DNA of 64,000 nt, the filler included, from Asterionella formosa (taxonomy: Eukaryota), in NCBI GenBank assembly GCA_002256025.1. It is 11 parts of 11 records of this genome, joined end to end, with 100 filler letters (N's around TTAATTAATTAA, not from the genome) between each part and the next. Parts side by side here need not be neighbours in the genome. Positions count along the whole stretch, not along the records: positions 1 to 5,748 come from NKIB01012939.1; positions 5,849 to 11,594 come from NKIB01012940.1; positions 11,695 to 17,439 come from NKIB01012941.1; 8 more parts are not named here. One strand, 5' to 3'. Both the position numbers and the translations under genes were made by a program. Positions 1 through 12,579 of this stretch are shown piece after piece. The notes under the pieces were generated by a model. That model searched no databases and had not been told where the DNA came from. It saw nothing but the letters and a program-made list of their open reading frames with translations. Position 1 is the first letter of the stretch; each line of letters starts with the position of its first letter.

Positions 1-351
1 ATACCATTATTATTTCCACCGGTATGGATCATTCACGCACGACGAGGTCGCGAGAGTTTAATGACTTACCGGTAGCTAGACAGTACACCTGGTACATGCA
101 TCATGTACGAAAAGCAACAATGCTTTTTCCTCGGCATTGTTGTCGCCTTTCAGCTGTCCCTCTCATTTTGGCTTCAAATTTCATCCATCCTTCTTGGTGT
201 CCATCGCAGTCTCATTCAAGTTTAAAAGCGTCCCTCTCGACCATTAGAAACTTGCTAAATCTTCACTGTATCTTCTTGCGTACAGACTTGTCAGAGGTTC
301 AAGACTATTTCCACCATTACGTCCCCAAAAACGACCTCCACCACGATTGCC

Positions 352-975
352 ATGTCGAGCATTCCGTTTGAACGCTACGACGATGAATTCCAATCTCTTA
401 CCCAGCAAGTTCAGAAATCTCTTGGAGATCCCGATGATTTAGAATTTACTGCAAATCTATTGTCGCAATCTGATGATCTCTTGAAACAAATGAGCGTCGA
501 AGCAAGGGGCGTGGAAGACGCGTCTGTCAAACGGGACTTGTTGTCCAAAGTCCGAACGTGCAAAGCCCAATTGGCGAATCTTAAGGACGATTATCGACGA
601 ATGGAGCAGCATCGGGACAAGGCAGATTTGATGATGGGCAACGGAACAGGGAAAGCTTCTGCTAATGCCAGCAAGGAACGCTTGTTGTCGGCGCAATCTC
701 AGTTGGAGCAACAAAATCAATCTTTGGATCGGGCGAAGGGCATCATGGCAGAGACTGAGCAGACAGCGTTGGAAATTACTCAAGAGTTAGGGAGAAATCG
801 AGAGACCTTGGAGACGGCACATGGGCGTGTTCGTGAAGTCAGTGGGTTGACAAACCGTGCGCGTCGCCTCTTGCAAAATATGAGTCGACGACAAGTGCAG
901 CAGAAGTTGGCGTTGTATGCCGTTGCTGGTCTCATCATTTTGGTGATTGGTTTTATTCTTTGGAATTTGAGATAG
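352..975 (+). CDS. VTI1: Qb-SNARE vesicle transport protein (VTI1 family)
   Basis: 207-aa ORF. N-terminal helical Habc-like region (FERYDDEFQSL...DLLKQMSVEARG), SNARE heptads (AETEQTALEITQELGRNRETL), C-terminal TM anchor (LALYAVAGLIILVIGFILW). Confidence 0.9.
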   Translation: MSSIPFERYDDEFQSLTQQVQKSLGDPDDLEFTANLLSQSDDLLKQMSVEARGVEDASVKRDLLSKVRTCKAQLANLKDDYRRMEQHRDKADLMMGNGTGKASANASKERLLSAQSQLEQQNQSLDRAKGIMAETEQTALEITQELGRNRETLETAHGRVREVSGLTNRARRLLQNMSRRQVQQKLALYAVAGLIILVIGFILWNLR

Positions 976-2309
976 GCGAGAAAGGGAGTTGCATGGATCC
1001 TCGACTTACTTGAAAATGAAAAAAAGTGAACACCTTTGAAAAGGTTAGTGATTTGACCATCTTTATCTCTAAAATAAATATCTACCTCACACTACCTGAG
1101 TTAATACAGTTAGCCAAGGAGCCAATCTATTACATTGAACGATTCTTGTCTTCAGGATACTACATAATATGACATGATTCTAAATCATATCAGCTAATTA
1201 CATTACTACTAACCATGTCTTCCAGCGAGAGCTGCCTTGGCTTGCTAGTCATTCATATTGGATGGCCATGAATAGATGGGATAAGGGAGATCAAGTGAGT
1301 GTGAGTCTAGTAACTGACCTGACAAACTCTAAAGGAGTTTGTAAGGCGGTTTTGTTAAAAAGTGATTAGAAAAGGTGAAAGTGTTTAAGATAAAGTGGTN
1401 NNNNNNNNNNNNNNNNNNNNNNNNNNNNNNNNNNNNNNNNNNNNNNNNNNNNNNNNNNNNNNNNNNNNNNNNNNNNNNNNNNNNNNNNNNNNNNNNNNNN
1501 NNNNNNNNNNNNNNNNNNNNNNNNNNNNNNNNNNNNNNNNNNNNNNNNNNNNNNNNNNNNNNNNNNNNNNNNNNNNNNNNNNNNNNNNNNNNNNNNNNNN
1601 NNNNNNNNNNNNNNNNNNNNNNNNNNNNNNNNNNNNNNNNNNNNNNNNNNNNNNNNNNNNNNNNNNNNNNNNNNNNNNNNNNNNNNNNNNNNNNNNNNNN
1701 NNNNNNNNNNNNNNNNNNNNNNNNNNNNNNNNNNNNNNNNNNNNNNNNNNNNNNNNNNNNNNNNNNNNNNNNNNNNNNNNNNNNNNNNNNNNNNNNNNNN
1801 NNNNNNNNNNNNNNNNNNNNNNNNNNNNNNNNNNNNNNNNNNNNNNNNNNNNNNNNNNNNNNNNNNNNNNNNNNNNNNNNNNNNNNNNNNNNNNNNNNNN
1901 NNNNNNNNNNNNNNNNNNNNNNNNNNNNNNNNNNNNNNNNNNNNNNNNNNNNNNNNNNNNNNNNNNNNNNNNNNNNNNNNNNNNNNNNNNNNNNNNNNNN
2001 NNNNNNNNNNNNNNNNNNNNNNNNNNNNNNNNNNNNNNNNNNNNNNNNNNNNNNNNNNNNNNNNNNNNNNNNNNNNNNNNNNNNNNNNNNNNNNNNNNNN
2101 NNNNNNNNNNNNNNNNNNNNNNNNNNNNNNNNNNNNNNNNNNNNNNNNNNNNNNNNNNNNNNNNNNNNNNNNNNNNNNNNNNNNNNNNNNNNNNNNNNNN
2201 NNNNNNNNNNNNNNNNNNNNNNNNNNNNNNNNNNNNNNNNNNNNNNNNNNNNNNNNNNNNNNNNNNNNNNNNNNNNNNNNNNNNNNNNNNNNNNNNNNNN
2301 NNNNNNNNN

Positions 2310-4577
2310 CCACAGGGAAGTGGCAAATCAACCCAAATCCCTGCCTACCTTTATGAAAGCGGACTTTTGCGAAGAGGCTCTAACTCACACACAACTTATG
2401 CTAGAGCTATTTGTGTCACACAGCCGCGAAGAGTCGCTGCTGTGACTGTAGCGAAACGAGTGGCGGAAGAACTTGGTTGTAAACCGGGGACAGTTGTTGG
2501 ACACAAAGTCAGATTTGATAATTTGACAGATGGTTCGACTCGTATTTTCTACATGACGGACGGAATGCTTTTAAGAGAGGCAACGTCAGATCCACTCTTG
2601 TCTAGTTACGGAGTAGTGGTGTTGGACGAAGGTGAGCCGAAGCGTCTCGCAGTCTAATTTATTTCTATTGTCTTCCTTTCACTGGCAGCTCCATACTGAC
2701 ATATCCTCGCATTCTACTGATTTCAAGCCCACGAGCGATCATTACAAACGGATGTATTGTTCGGAGTAGTTAAACGAGCGATGCTGGCGAGACAAAGAAA
2801 TGATCCTTTAGATGCCGCTCCAGAGCAGGAATCTCGTGATGCCGGGATTCAACGGAGAATGAGGGTCAGGTCTAAGAAGCTGTTGTTGCCACCTCTCAAA
2901 ATTGTCGTCATGTCGGCGACACTAGATGTGGATACATTCAAGAGATTTTTCACTAGCGCCGAAATGATCACAATACCAGGTCGAACGTACCCAGTACAAA
3001 TTGTGTATACAATGGATGCACAGGAAGATTATATCGACTCAGCCTTGTCAGCATGCCTACAAATTCACAGTGAAGCGCATGATGAAGGTGACATCCTGGT
3101 TTTCCTTCCAGGTCAAGAGGAAATTGAAGATCTTGCGTCGCTTCTAAGGAAACATATCAAAGACGATGAAGAAAATGAACGTGCCATGACGGCGGGCGAT
3201 ATAGTTCAGTCGATCAAAGGCATAGGGACAAATATTCACACTGGCACGTCGTCTTCGATTGTTAATGGCGTTTTGATCTGCGTGCTTTATGCTGCTCTGC
3301 CTTCAGAAGCTCAGCTTCTGGCATTCAAACCAAAACCAGAAGGTTGCACTCGCAAGATTATCCTTGCCACCAACATTGCTGAAACATCCGTAACTCTGGA
3401 TGGAATTCGCTTTGTTGTTGACTGTGGGAAGCACAAGACCAGAGATTTCTCGAATACAACTGGAATGGAGTCATTAGTTGTCAGCGACATTAGCAAAGCC
3501 CAGGCCGCGCAACGAGCAGGAAGAGCTGGGCGAGTCTCCGCTGGGTTGTGCTTTCGCCTTTATACCGAGAACGGGTTCGATGCCATGTCAGAGACAACCG
3601 TTCCTGAAATTTTACGTGTCAACTTGGCTCAAGTGGTGTTACAACTCAAAGGCATGGGAGTTCATGACCCAAGGAACTTTGAATTTCTCACTGTCCCAAA
3701 CTCACAATCGCTTTTGAAAGCCTTTGAGCTGCTTTATGCATTAACTGCAGTTGATACCGAAATGAATCTCACTAGCCATGGAAAGCAACTTGCCAAGATA
3801 CCTCTGGACCCAATATTCGCCCACTTGCTCTTACAGTCGCCGAAGTACGGTTGTACATCAGAAATGTTAACAGCTGTAGCTATGCTTTCCGCTGAGAATG
3901 TCTTTTATCGCCCAGGAGGTGGCGATGCCGACGGCGGCATTTCCGCCCGGGCAGCCGCGGCTCACAAACGATTTACAAGCTACGAAGGCGACCTTCCAAC
4001 GCTACTAAATGTATATCAAAGTTGGAAACGAGAAGCTTTATATTTGCCGTCTCACACCAAAAAAACCCAAAGGCATGAATTGAAGCGCACGCACAATGGT
4101 AACAAAATTATTCATGGGGAATGGTGCACTCGCAACTTTATCAGTGGCCGTTCATTAGTTCGAGCAAACGATGTTCGTAACCAGCTATCTGAAATATGCG
4201 GGAAAATTTCAGAGAGAAATGGTCTTGGGATGGATATTCAGCTATCTTGTGGAACCGACATGGAGCTTTTTCTCAAATGTGCATGTGCTGGGCTTTTTTT
4301 GCAAGTTGCGACCAGGGTGACATCAACTGTTGAAATCAAGAACTATCGTGGTCGATCAGGCACAGTTGGATCTTCACGTGGCCGCTACAAAACAAAGATT
4401 GGTTCAGTAGAGGTATCCATCCATCCAACATCTACCATGTTTGGTCGCAATCCAGCTCCAAAGTGTGTGGTATATACAGAGATGCTTCAAACAAAAAAGA
4501 CTTACATCCAAGGAGTTACACAAGTACGAGAGGACTGGCTTGTCGAGGTTGCTCCACATTTTTTCAAGCCATCATAG
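2310..4577 (+). CDS. DEAH-box RNA helicase (DHX33/DHR2-like), 5' end lost in gap; intron 2632-2727
   Basis: GSGKSTQ, TQPRRVAA, TDGMLLRE. The DEAH motif is rebuilt across a GT..AG intron (VLDE-A-HERSLQTDVL). Also MSAT, FLPGQEEI, ATNIAETSVT, QRAGRAGR, HA2 and OB-like C-terminus (IHPTS). Confidence 0.93.
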
Positions 4578-4672
4578 ACACCCCCTAATTCTACATCTGA
4601 ACACGCAAATGTTGCTTTATGTCGTAAGCTTTACTGGCTACCGGTAGTCCCTTCGTCCCAAACTTCGTTAAT

Positions 4673-5300
4673 CTATAAATTCTCGAACTTTGCCTTGAAC
4701 TCTGAGATACTTATGGCAGCATCATTTTCTTCGTCGTAATCGGCCCAATCTCCTTCCGATAGATCGACATCGTCTTCGAAAACGCTGCCTCCTTCCGATA
4801 CCACTATGAAAAGGTTGTCCAGGGGATGAAATGCGTATGGCTCAATTCCTCGGCATTCCATAGCTAAGATAGGAGCCCATTCTTGGCTATCATCTCCATT
4901 ATAATCTCGTACTTGAACCCCTTTTGATTTCTTCTTCTTCAAGGCAGCTTTTGTGGCTGATTCGTCCAAGACTTCGAGGGTCGACCTCTTCTGAGCGCCG
5001 TCCCACTTGAGCGCAAAATGACAGGGTGGTTCTCTGGAGCCTTCTTCTTGCTCCAGAGTCTCACTCAAATTGAATGCAACCTTTTCTCTCACCTCGTAAT
5101 CACTCAATGGATTACGTACGCTGATGCAAATATTTGCATTTCTCTGGACTTTTAACACGCTGCAGCGAATCGCCAAAGTTGAAACATTATATTTGTGAGT
5201 ACTAAGGCTCATCGTTCTGGATAGCACATCTATCATAGTTGGACACATCTTACCCAACACCTTCCATTTCCGCTTTGATATAGAGAAGGAAGAGTACCAT
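4673..5300 (-). CDS. DUF866 / CZIB (C1orf123)-like protein; intron 5160-5253
   Basis: Exon 1 MVLFLLYIKAEMEGVG joins exon 2 VLKVQRNANIC in frame via GTAAG..CTGCAG. C-terminal family motifs MECRGIEP and DLSEGDWADYDEE..ISI. Confidence 0.8.
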
Positions 5301-6499
5301 GATAAAAGGAGGTAAAACTCTGAAAAAATACCGGTAGAGGGAAATCAGAATGGGGTTAGGGGACGTTTTTCCTTGTCGTGTGTGTGATCATCTGGTCGAT
5401 GATGAGCGGCATAATAATTATGTCAGTACCTGGTACCGGTACCGGTATGCATATATAATATATAGCTAGCAATTTATAACCGGACGGAACGAAAGTCGTC
5501 CCCTCCTACTAACAGATGATAGTATAGGTACCTGGTAGAGTTGAACTGACCAACCCTGACCAATTTTTTGGATTTGACCCTGTAGTACAGCCCCCGTAGA
5601 ACTTCCGTAGGATCTTGTATTATTTTTAGTCCATATTTCTCGTAATTATAAATGATCTCGATTGCTGCTGGCGCGGGCTATCCGAATCCGTCGTAAAAAG
5701 GTGCACAATAGCAGCGCAACAAGTTTTATGTACATCGACAACTCAGATNNNNNNNNNNNNNNNNNNNNNNNNNNNNNNNNNNNNNNNNNNNNTTAATTAA
5801 TTAANNNNNNNNNNNNNNNNNNNNNNNNNNNNNNNNNNNNNNNNNNNNCTAATGAGACATGAAAATTACGAAACCAGAATCACTCTGTTACTATAAATAG
5901 ACGGCACAGTCTAATGCTTCTTTGTGCATATCGCCTGCTATGCTGCGTTTCGATTCTAGATGTATTACGTTCTTGTTAGAGAGACGATGTTACGGAGAAG
6001 TAGATTGTGCTGTTCTATAATGGATGTTGTTTACTAGCTATGATTGAGGTTGTAACACTGACCGATGCTCTGGTGACAAACCGGAAATATTCGTCTTGTG
6101 TGATGAGCCATTTCGTTTTCATCGGATTTCTTTTCAAGCTCTTAACGGATTGCATAGTACGAACATACTGTGCAATGTAGATGATGATTCATCGAAGACA
6201 TATGATGACTTGAACGACAAATGAAGATTTTATCACAAAATCTCGTTCCTCTCGACATGGCTGCTTTGTCGTTGTTGCAAGAATCAGAGTGAGGACTGGA
6301 GTCTCCTACCAAGAAATTTAAAAAAAAGGAACCTAAAAGAAACAATACATATAATAATTAAATTTCCATAGTCAAAAGGGCTACTATTTAAATTACGAGG
6401 GAATTTATCACAATTATTAGATGATATAACAAAAAATTATGATCAGATGATCATAATCCTATGATGCATCATGGAAATATGATGGTTTTTATCATTTGC

Positions 6500-6940
6500 A
6501 GACGATGTTGTTTCAATAGATCGAGTATGTGAATTGATATTGATGGTGAGGTCCAGGAAAGTTGCAGAGAGTTTTCTTGGTTCCACATTCCATTTGAATG
6601 TGCCAAAGTTGTCTATAGAATTAATGAAAAGTTTGTATGAGTTGTTCAATCCTCAGCTAGTAGAACAGTTGATGTGGGTACCCAGATTCGTCTCCGAAGC
6701 AGTCATCAATTTATCTTTGATAGAAGATTACTTGATTAAATTGTGGAATAATTTGTATTTTATGGATTTCAAAGGCAGCTACTAGAGGGCAGCATACTTA
6801 GGAGGTGCAGGGGGGTGTACCCAAGCAGTACCAGATGTTTGGGACCACCCAGTATGTGTCACCGAATATGAAGACATTACGTCGCATTATAATTTCAAGT
6901 TCAGTTATTAGAGCGTCAATATTTGTTTTCATTGAAGCAG
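6500..6940 (-). mobile_element. Degenerate Penelope-like retroelement reverse transcriptase fragment
   Basis: Minus-strand reading across frameshifts and stops: LEIIMRRNVFIFGDTYW / QTSGTA-GTPPAP.YAAL / FYQR*IDDCFG (YIDD with Y replaced by stop) / ATFLDLTI. Confidence 0.7.
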
Positions 6941-7085
6941 ATTTCCGGTCTGTCGATTTCTAGCTACTAGCTAAGAATTTATTTATGACAGATAGGATGT
7001 GTGGTGTCTCAGTGTTAGTGTACCTATAGAGATAGCATCCATTGCTGTGAAGAGGATTTCGGTTGGATCAACCTTCAGAATGGTG

Positions 7086-7352
7086 TGTTGAAATTGCGTC
7101 CCGAAGCACTCTTTGCTTTCTTGTATCCTGTAAGGACACGTCAGGGACCAAATAGGCTGTAGATATGAACAACAATGTCTCCGTGATCGAATGTAATCGT
7201 TCCTAAGAGTTTTAATAGAATTATGGGTTTTTACTGTTGGCGTAGATTGTTTTCGAATTCTCTGGTACCATATTCTTTCTTGATTCATTCGATTCAACAT
7301 GTAGTAGGTAATTTATACCGGGATTTTCTTTCCTAAAATATTTTCTCCAACA
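7086..7352 (-). repeat. 3' LTR of Copia element
   Basis: TGTTG...CAACA termini. Aligns with 48706-48982. Purine-rich AGCAGGAGTG immediately upstream on the minus strand (PPT-like). Confidence 0.88.
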
Positions 7353-10300
7353 CACTCCTGCTGGACACGGATGCTCACTTTGAATTCATAATTTGCTGAC
7401 GAAAATGAATAAATTTCGTTCCAACCAGTGGTTTTGTCATGTAGTCTGCTAACATTGCATCCGTTGGACAGTACTTGATTTGTACTTCCTTTCTTTCAAT
7501 AAGATCAGTAATATAAAAATACTTGATGTTGAAATGTCACGTGCGTTTTCCTGAACTTGCTTTTCCATTTGCTTCTAGCTTCATTGCACTAGTGTTGTCA
7601 CGGTAAATTTCATTCATAGTCACCTTGTGTCCTTGTGCTTCAATAAATAATTTCGTCCACAACACCTTTGATATGATGTCATCGACACCAACCAATTCTG
7701 CTTCAGTCGAGCTTCTAGTGTTCACTTTCTGTTTTGTGGACATAGAACAAATAATTCCGTTTCCAAGTGACAATGTAGCTCCAGTGTGACTTTTAAAATC
7801 TTTGTGTACTGCAAACGCCGCATCAACGTACCATTTAATGCTCTGAGTGTCATCAGCGCTCATAGATGCAACCTCATTCTGAGTTGCTTTCAAGAAATTC
7901 ATGATCTTGACTAATTTCGCCCAATCGCCTTCATTGTTCGGTTCGGTAGTTCGGGTTGCCAGAAATGCAATTCCTGGTTGAATGTCCTGTCTTCCTCACT
8001 TACATAGGAACATTCCTTTCATAACAAAAGTATGAAACATTTTTGCTTTTTCATATTCAAGCTTCTTTGATTTTGTATCAACTGTGAACAATTTATCTGT
8101 CCATGGGAATTTCCCAACACTTTCAAGTTTCACTGGAAAATCATCAATCATTGATTTCACATACTTGGTCATGTCCACCCTCAACACTCCTGGAATAGAG
8201 TAATTTAGTGTCATCACCAAATAATCATGATTCTTTCCACGCATGACCTTGACTTCACCAATTCGTCAGAAGCGTATTTCTGTTTGAGCCATTCCAAAAA
8301 TTGATCATTCACTTTGCTGTCCACGTGACTTGATTTCAAATCGTCTACGTGCCAAGTAACTTTGTGCTGTTTGCCATTAACAATGCGATTTGCAACACAT
8401 GGATCATATGGGTTTACCTTGAATCCAATTGACTCAATATCCTTCCGAAATTTCTAGTAATATAATAATGATGACTGTAACATGCCATATAATGCCTTGA
8501 TCATCCTAACATATAGAACCTTGTTGTTCCCTTCATAAACAACATATTTTTCATAAGTCTCGGGGCTGAGTTCTGTCAACATATTGACAAGTAAACCTCT
8601 AATCTTCATAATGATTCGTTCCCCTTTTTCTTTCTCATTGATATCCACTTGCACAAATGCATTGGGTATATCTGCAGTCATAACATCGCGATTTTGCTTT
8701 GCATCAATTGTTGCTGTTATCATAACAGATTCAGTCATGGTAGTTGGACTAGCTGCTTCATCTCTTTCCATGTATTCACGCTGCGAACTGCCATTGGCAC
8801 ATGCTCTGCCTTTAATGCTCTTGTCTCTCTTTTCAACCAAAAAAGTTAGGCTTTCCATTGCACGTCGCTTTTCGATCTCTGTTAGGTCTTCAATCCTAAT
8901 CGGTTCAAATACAACTCTATCATGTAGTTGTTTCATTTCCTTATAAGCAGCGTCTCTTCCTTTCTGGCCAAATTTCCTGAGGCCTTTCCTTAAGCTGTAT
9001 TACTGAACAAAGTGAAATGCTTCTTTATCGATACACATCTCATTCATATATAACACATTGTCTTTGCGATCACTTTCGCATTATCAGCCGTGTATTCTTC
9101 TCAACAGTATGCTTGGGTGTGCAAATGATTTTGGACCATATTTAGTTTTGATGGTGGTCTTGAGACTCTTCCAGACCTTGTAGTTCTAACATTTAACAAT
9201 GCCTCTTCATTCTCAGTTTCATTTGCTGGCTCTTAATCCTCATCTTTGATTTCATCTGCATTCATTTCAATATTATTCTCATTGTTGCCCTCGTCAGGTT
9301 CAGGGTCATCCTCTTGAGTATTGTTGTTTAATTCAAGCTGTTCTGCTTCATATATCTCATCCGGAGTCATTTCATCATAGTCTTCCTCTCCGAGAATTTC
9401 ATCATTGCTTTCGTCATGACTAGCGTCTTGATCTTCATAATCTTCATCTTGTGCATCTTCAAATGCTTCATTATCATAATCCACTCCTGCAATCCAAGCA
9501 CTATCATAAAAAAGTTGTCCCGTTCGATTTGATATCTTGAGACCATCTGGCATATTTTCCTGCACAGCAGCAAGGGCATGTACTTGATTAATGATTGCTG
9601 GGGTAAGTGGTAGAGGAGTAATTTTTCGTCTAGTGATCAATGAATTTGTAGGTAGGTGTAACAATTCATGACCTCCTTGCACGTTGTCATTGTAGCGTAG
9701 ATAAATGCAATCTAGGCTGCGAGGTGCATTAGTTTTTGAAAACACAGGTTCTTCATGTGCTTGGACATAAGTGCCAAATGTATACTGGCAATGTCGAGCA
9801 TAGTCCAGGTTTCGTTGATGTAAAATCATACGAGGACTGTAGTACGGGGATATCCCATTCTTTGCCGGAAAGAAATTCAGTTTCTTTGCAGATTCTGTCA
9901 CTAGAATCTTAATCATCAGTGGTGGCAAATGTTTGAAAGGTAATCGATGATAAGCTGCGCGCACGCGTTCTTTAAATCACTCGATTATTTCGCTCCGCTT
10001 CGGGAACATGTTCTTGTGGGTTTGCGTAGTTCATAGTGACTTGAAATTCATTGGAAATTTGTTCCATCACAGGTCGAAACTCATTGTCACAGTGGATTGT
10101 TGTTATTTTAAATCCTCCAGTATTATAAACACGGAATACTTGAATCAAAGCATCTCGATAGACTTCAGCTGTCTGATTCTTGACCCATTGCGCTGTCCTA
10201 TACATAATGTTTCGAGAAATTGTTGTGAGAAATGATTGTCCATTGACTTTCATTCCATCCAACATGCAAAGAATCACTTCGCGTTGAGCTTGGATAAGCT

Positions 10301-11360
10301 CCTTAGGAATCTCGTTGTAGTGATTCACGACTGGAAGTGGCTTGCGACGAGTTGTCTTGCCTTTTAGTGTTCCGATGTCAGGTCCAAAAATTTTCTCTGC
10401 AATTTTGATATCACCGGTAGTCACTGGATTATTGTTGATTGTATTCATACGAATAATTGCCTTGAAATCATTAATTGATGGTGTACCCAAGGCATGAAAT
10501 AGATCACGAGCTTGCTTAGCTCTCTGAAGTTGACGTTCAGTGTAAAATGTTTTGTTTTCTTCAAGTGTATTTAAAATTTGAGCATTCTCCGCTTTAAATC
10601 TTGTAGTTGGCTTGAAAACATATAAGTTCATCCCAACTCTTTCAAATCAAACTGTTTTGTCAGGCAAATGAGCAATTAATGCATCTTCTTTCTCGGAGTC
10701 GTAGGTAATTCTGTACCTTTCTGCCATTTCTGCATAACTGAAGATGTTTGTGATTGCCTTTTCATTAAACCATCCTTCTCCCCATTTTGGAAGATCAGCC
10801 TTCATATTTGTGACCATGGATCCACCATTTGTGGCCAGGTGCATGCTTCCGTTGGTTGACATTCGAATGTTTTCAACCATTTTTGGATTGCAAAAGACTG
10901 TGACACTTGATTGATTATCCAATAGTTTCCAGTCACGCATCTCAGATGCTTGGTAAAATTGTAGTTTCATATGAGCTCCTGTCCATCCAAATTGATTGAC
11001 ATTTGCTTGTTGTGAAGCTTGTGATGACGGCGGGTTGTTGGAATTAACAGAGGTAAGTGAACTTGTGTCGGATGTATTAGCCTGTGCCTGTGCATGGCTT
11101 TGTGCCCTGTTGATATCCCATTCCTCTTTGGGTTTATTCTTGTCTTGACACAAAGGAGATTTGTGACCTGCTTTTCTGCAGCAGTAACATTTTCCTTCTA
11201 ACTGTGCAAACGATAAGTTCACGTCTTCGTCTTCCCTGCCTGCATCCTTTTGTTTCCTCTCCTTATCATTATCTCCTGGTTTCTCGTAGTTAGATTTATT
11301 TGTGATGTCAAACCGATGGTTGCTGAGAACATTATTTGATTCGGTGATGCTCTTCGGCAT
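7086..11360 (-). mobile_element. Ty1/Copia LTR retrotransposon (CoDi-like), degenerate, 5'-truncated within gag
   Basis: Copia domain order on the minus strand: zinc knuckle CYCCRKAGHKSPLC, protease LLDNQSS, integrase (HCDNEF, EHVPEAERNNRVI), RT (ADIPNAFVQ, KALYGMLQS, WHVDDLK), RNase H (YVDAAFAVH, RSSTEAE), then 3' LTR. Multiple stops and frameshifts. Confidence 0.93.
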
Positions 11361-11560
11361 CTAAGACGCCGTTTACGGTACTTTTTCGAATTTATGTGTA
11401 AAGTGACGTATTTATGTTACTTTTCTAAAATATTATGTTACTTTTTTGAAATATTATGCTACTTTTCCCCTAATTTATTCGGGTTAAACAAAAATTTATT
11501 TCACTTATCGAATAATTATGTGATCACACCAATAATTATGTGTGTTCGTGACAATATATG
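11361..11560. repeat. Unrelated sequence abutting the truncated Copia gag; three ~21-bp tandem units (TATGTTACTTTT core) and a repeated AATAATTATGTG; possible DNA transposon end
   Basis: Similarity to the second Copia copy stops at 11360. Short subterminal-like repeats follow and the sequence runs into a gap. Confidence 0.4.
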
Positions 11561-11694
11561 TTGACCAACTAGCCATCGCAACAGTTTAAAAGCGNNNNNN
11601 NNNNNNNNNNNNNNNNNNNNNNNNNNNNNNNNNNNNNNTTAATTAATTAANNNNNNNNNNNNNNNNNNNNNNNNNNNNNNNNNNNNNNNNNNNN

Positions 11695-11962
11695 TTATTT
11701 TACAGTGTGTGGCACCTGCTGCCAGTCAGCCAAGAATCTTCGTCACCTATTCTTCATGGGCGGAGTTGGCACTCAATTACAGTCAGCCAAGAAAGCGAAA
11801 TCATTTAATGCATGCTGATGATGGATAATGGTTCAAATGATTCCATGCCACAGCAGAATCAATTTACATTACTATTTGGAGCTTGAGGCTTCTAAAGAGG
11901 ACAACAAGTGGAAAGATGTTGATGAGGCTGTGAATGCCATTATTACATTTAAGTTTTTCAGC
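11695..11962 (+). repeat. Left arm of long inverted repeat (at least 268 bp)
   Basis: Reverse complement of 17172-17439 with two mismatches seen by eye. Both arms run into gaps. Confidence 0.93.
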
Positions 11963-12579
11963 CGTGTGTGGCACCTTCCACCTATCATTGAAGAATTTGG
12001 AATATGAGTGCAATCAGATTGCTGAAGGCGATGAATTCATGTTGGAATGCATTGCTTCTGAAAGTAAAACAGCATCACTATTTATTGCTAATCAATCTTG
12101 AGACCACTTCAGACATGGAGGAGTGAAAATGATTAAGCAGTGTATCATACCTGCATAGTATATGTGGCTGCAGTAGTGTTGCAGCCAGGCTTCATCATCC
12201 TTGAAGCTATAACTCAAGTGTCATCTGCAAAATGATAACCTAATGGCAAGAGGCAGGATTCTCATGACAGCAAAGATCCCCTGTATTTTAGTTGGAGCTT
12301 GCACCATCGACTTTTCAACAGGAAAATGCTTCAGCAGCACTGTTCTGGCTGAAGCCTTTGCCGCTCGATTGGACTGTACCATCTGGAATGTTGCTTGAAA
12401 CAGGATTTAAGTTCATTGAAGCAAACCAAAGAAGTTGCCAGAGTCTGTTGTCATTGTAATAGGTAGATAAGATGTGAGAAATGTTGCACTTGAATTACAA
12501 GCAGACTCAGACTTTGTTCTGTTAGCTATTCTCCTATGATATTAGATAATAGATTTCTTGATCTCAGTTTTTTCACATT

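Noticed and set aside
1366..2445. Long ORFs of X residues spanning the N gap (also at 24686-25297)
   Set aside because: Artefacts of translating through N runs. Only the helicase and ORF-A portions have real sequence.
5793..5804. Recurrent TTAATTAATTAA palindrome flanked by N runs
   Set aside because: Artificial scaffold linker with stops in all six frames, identical at each small gap. These gap sizes are nominal, so adjacency across them is uncertain.
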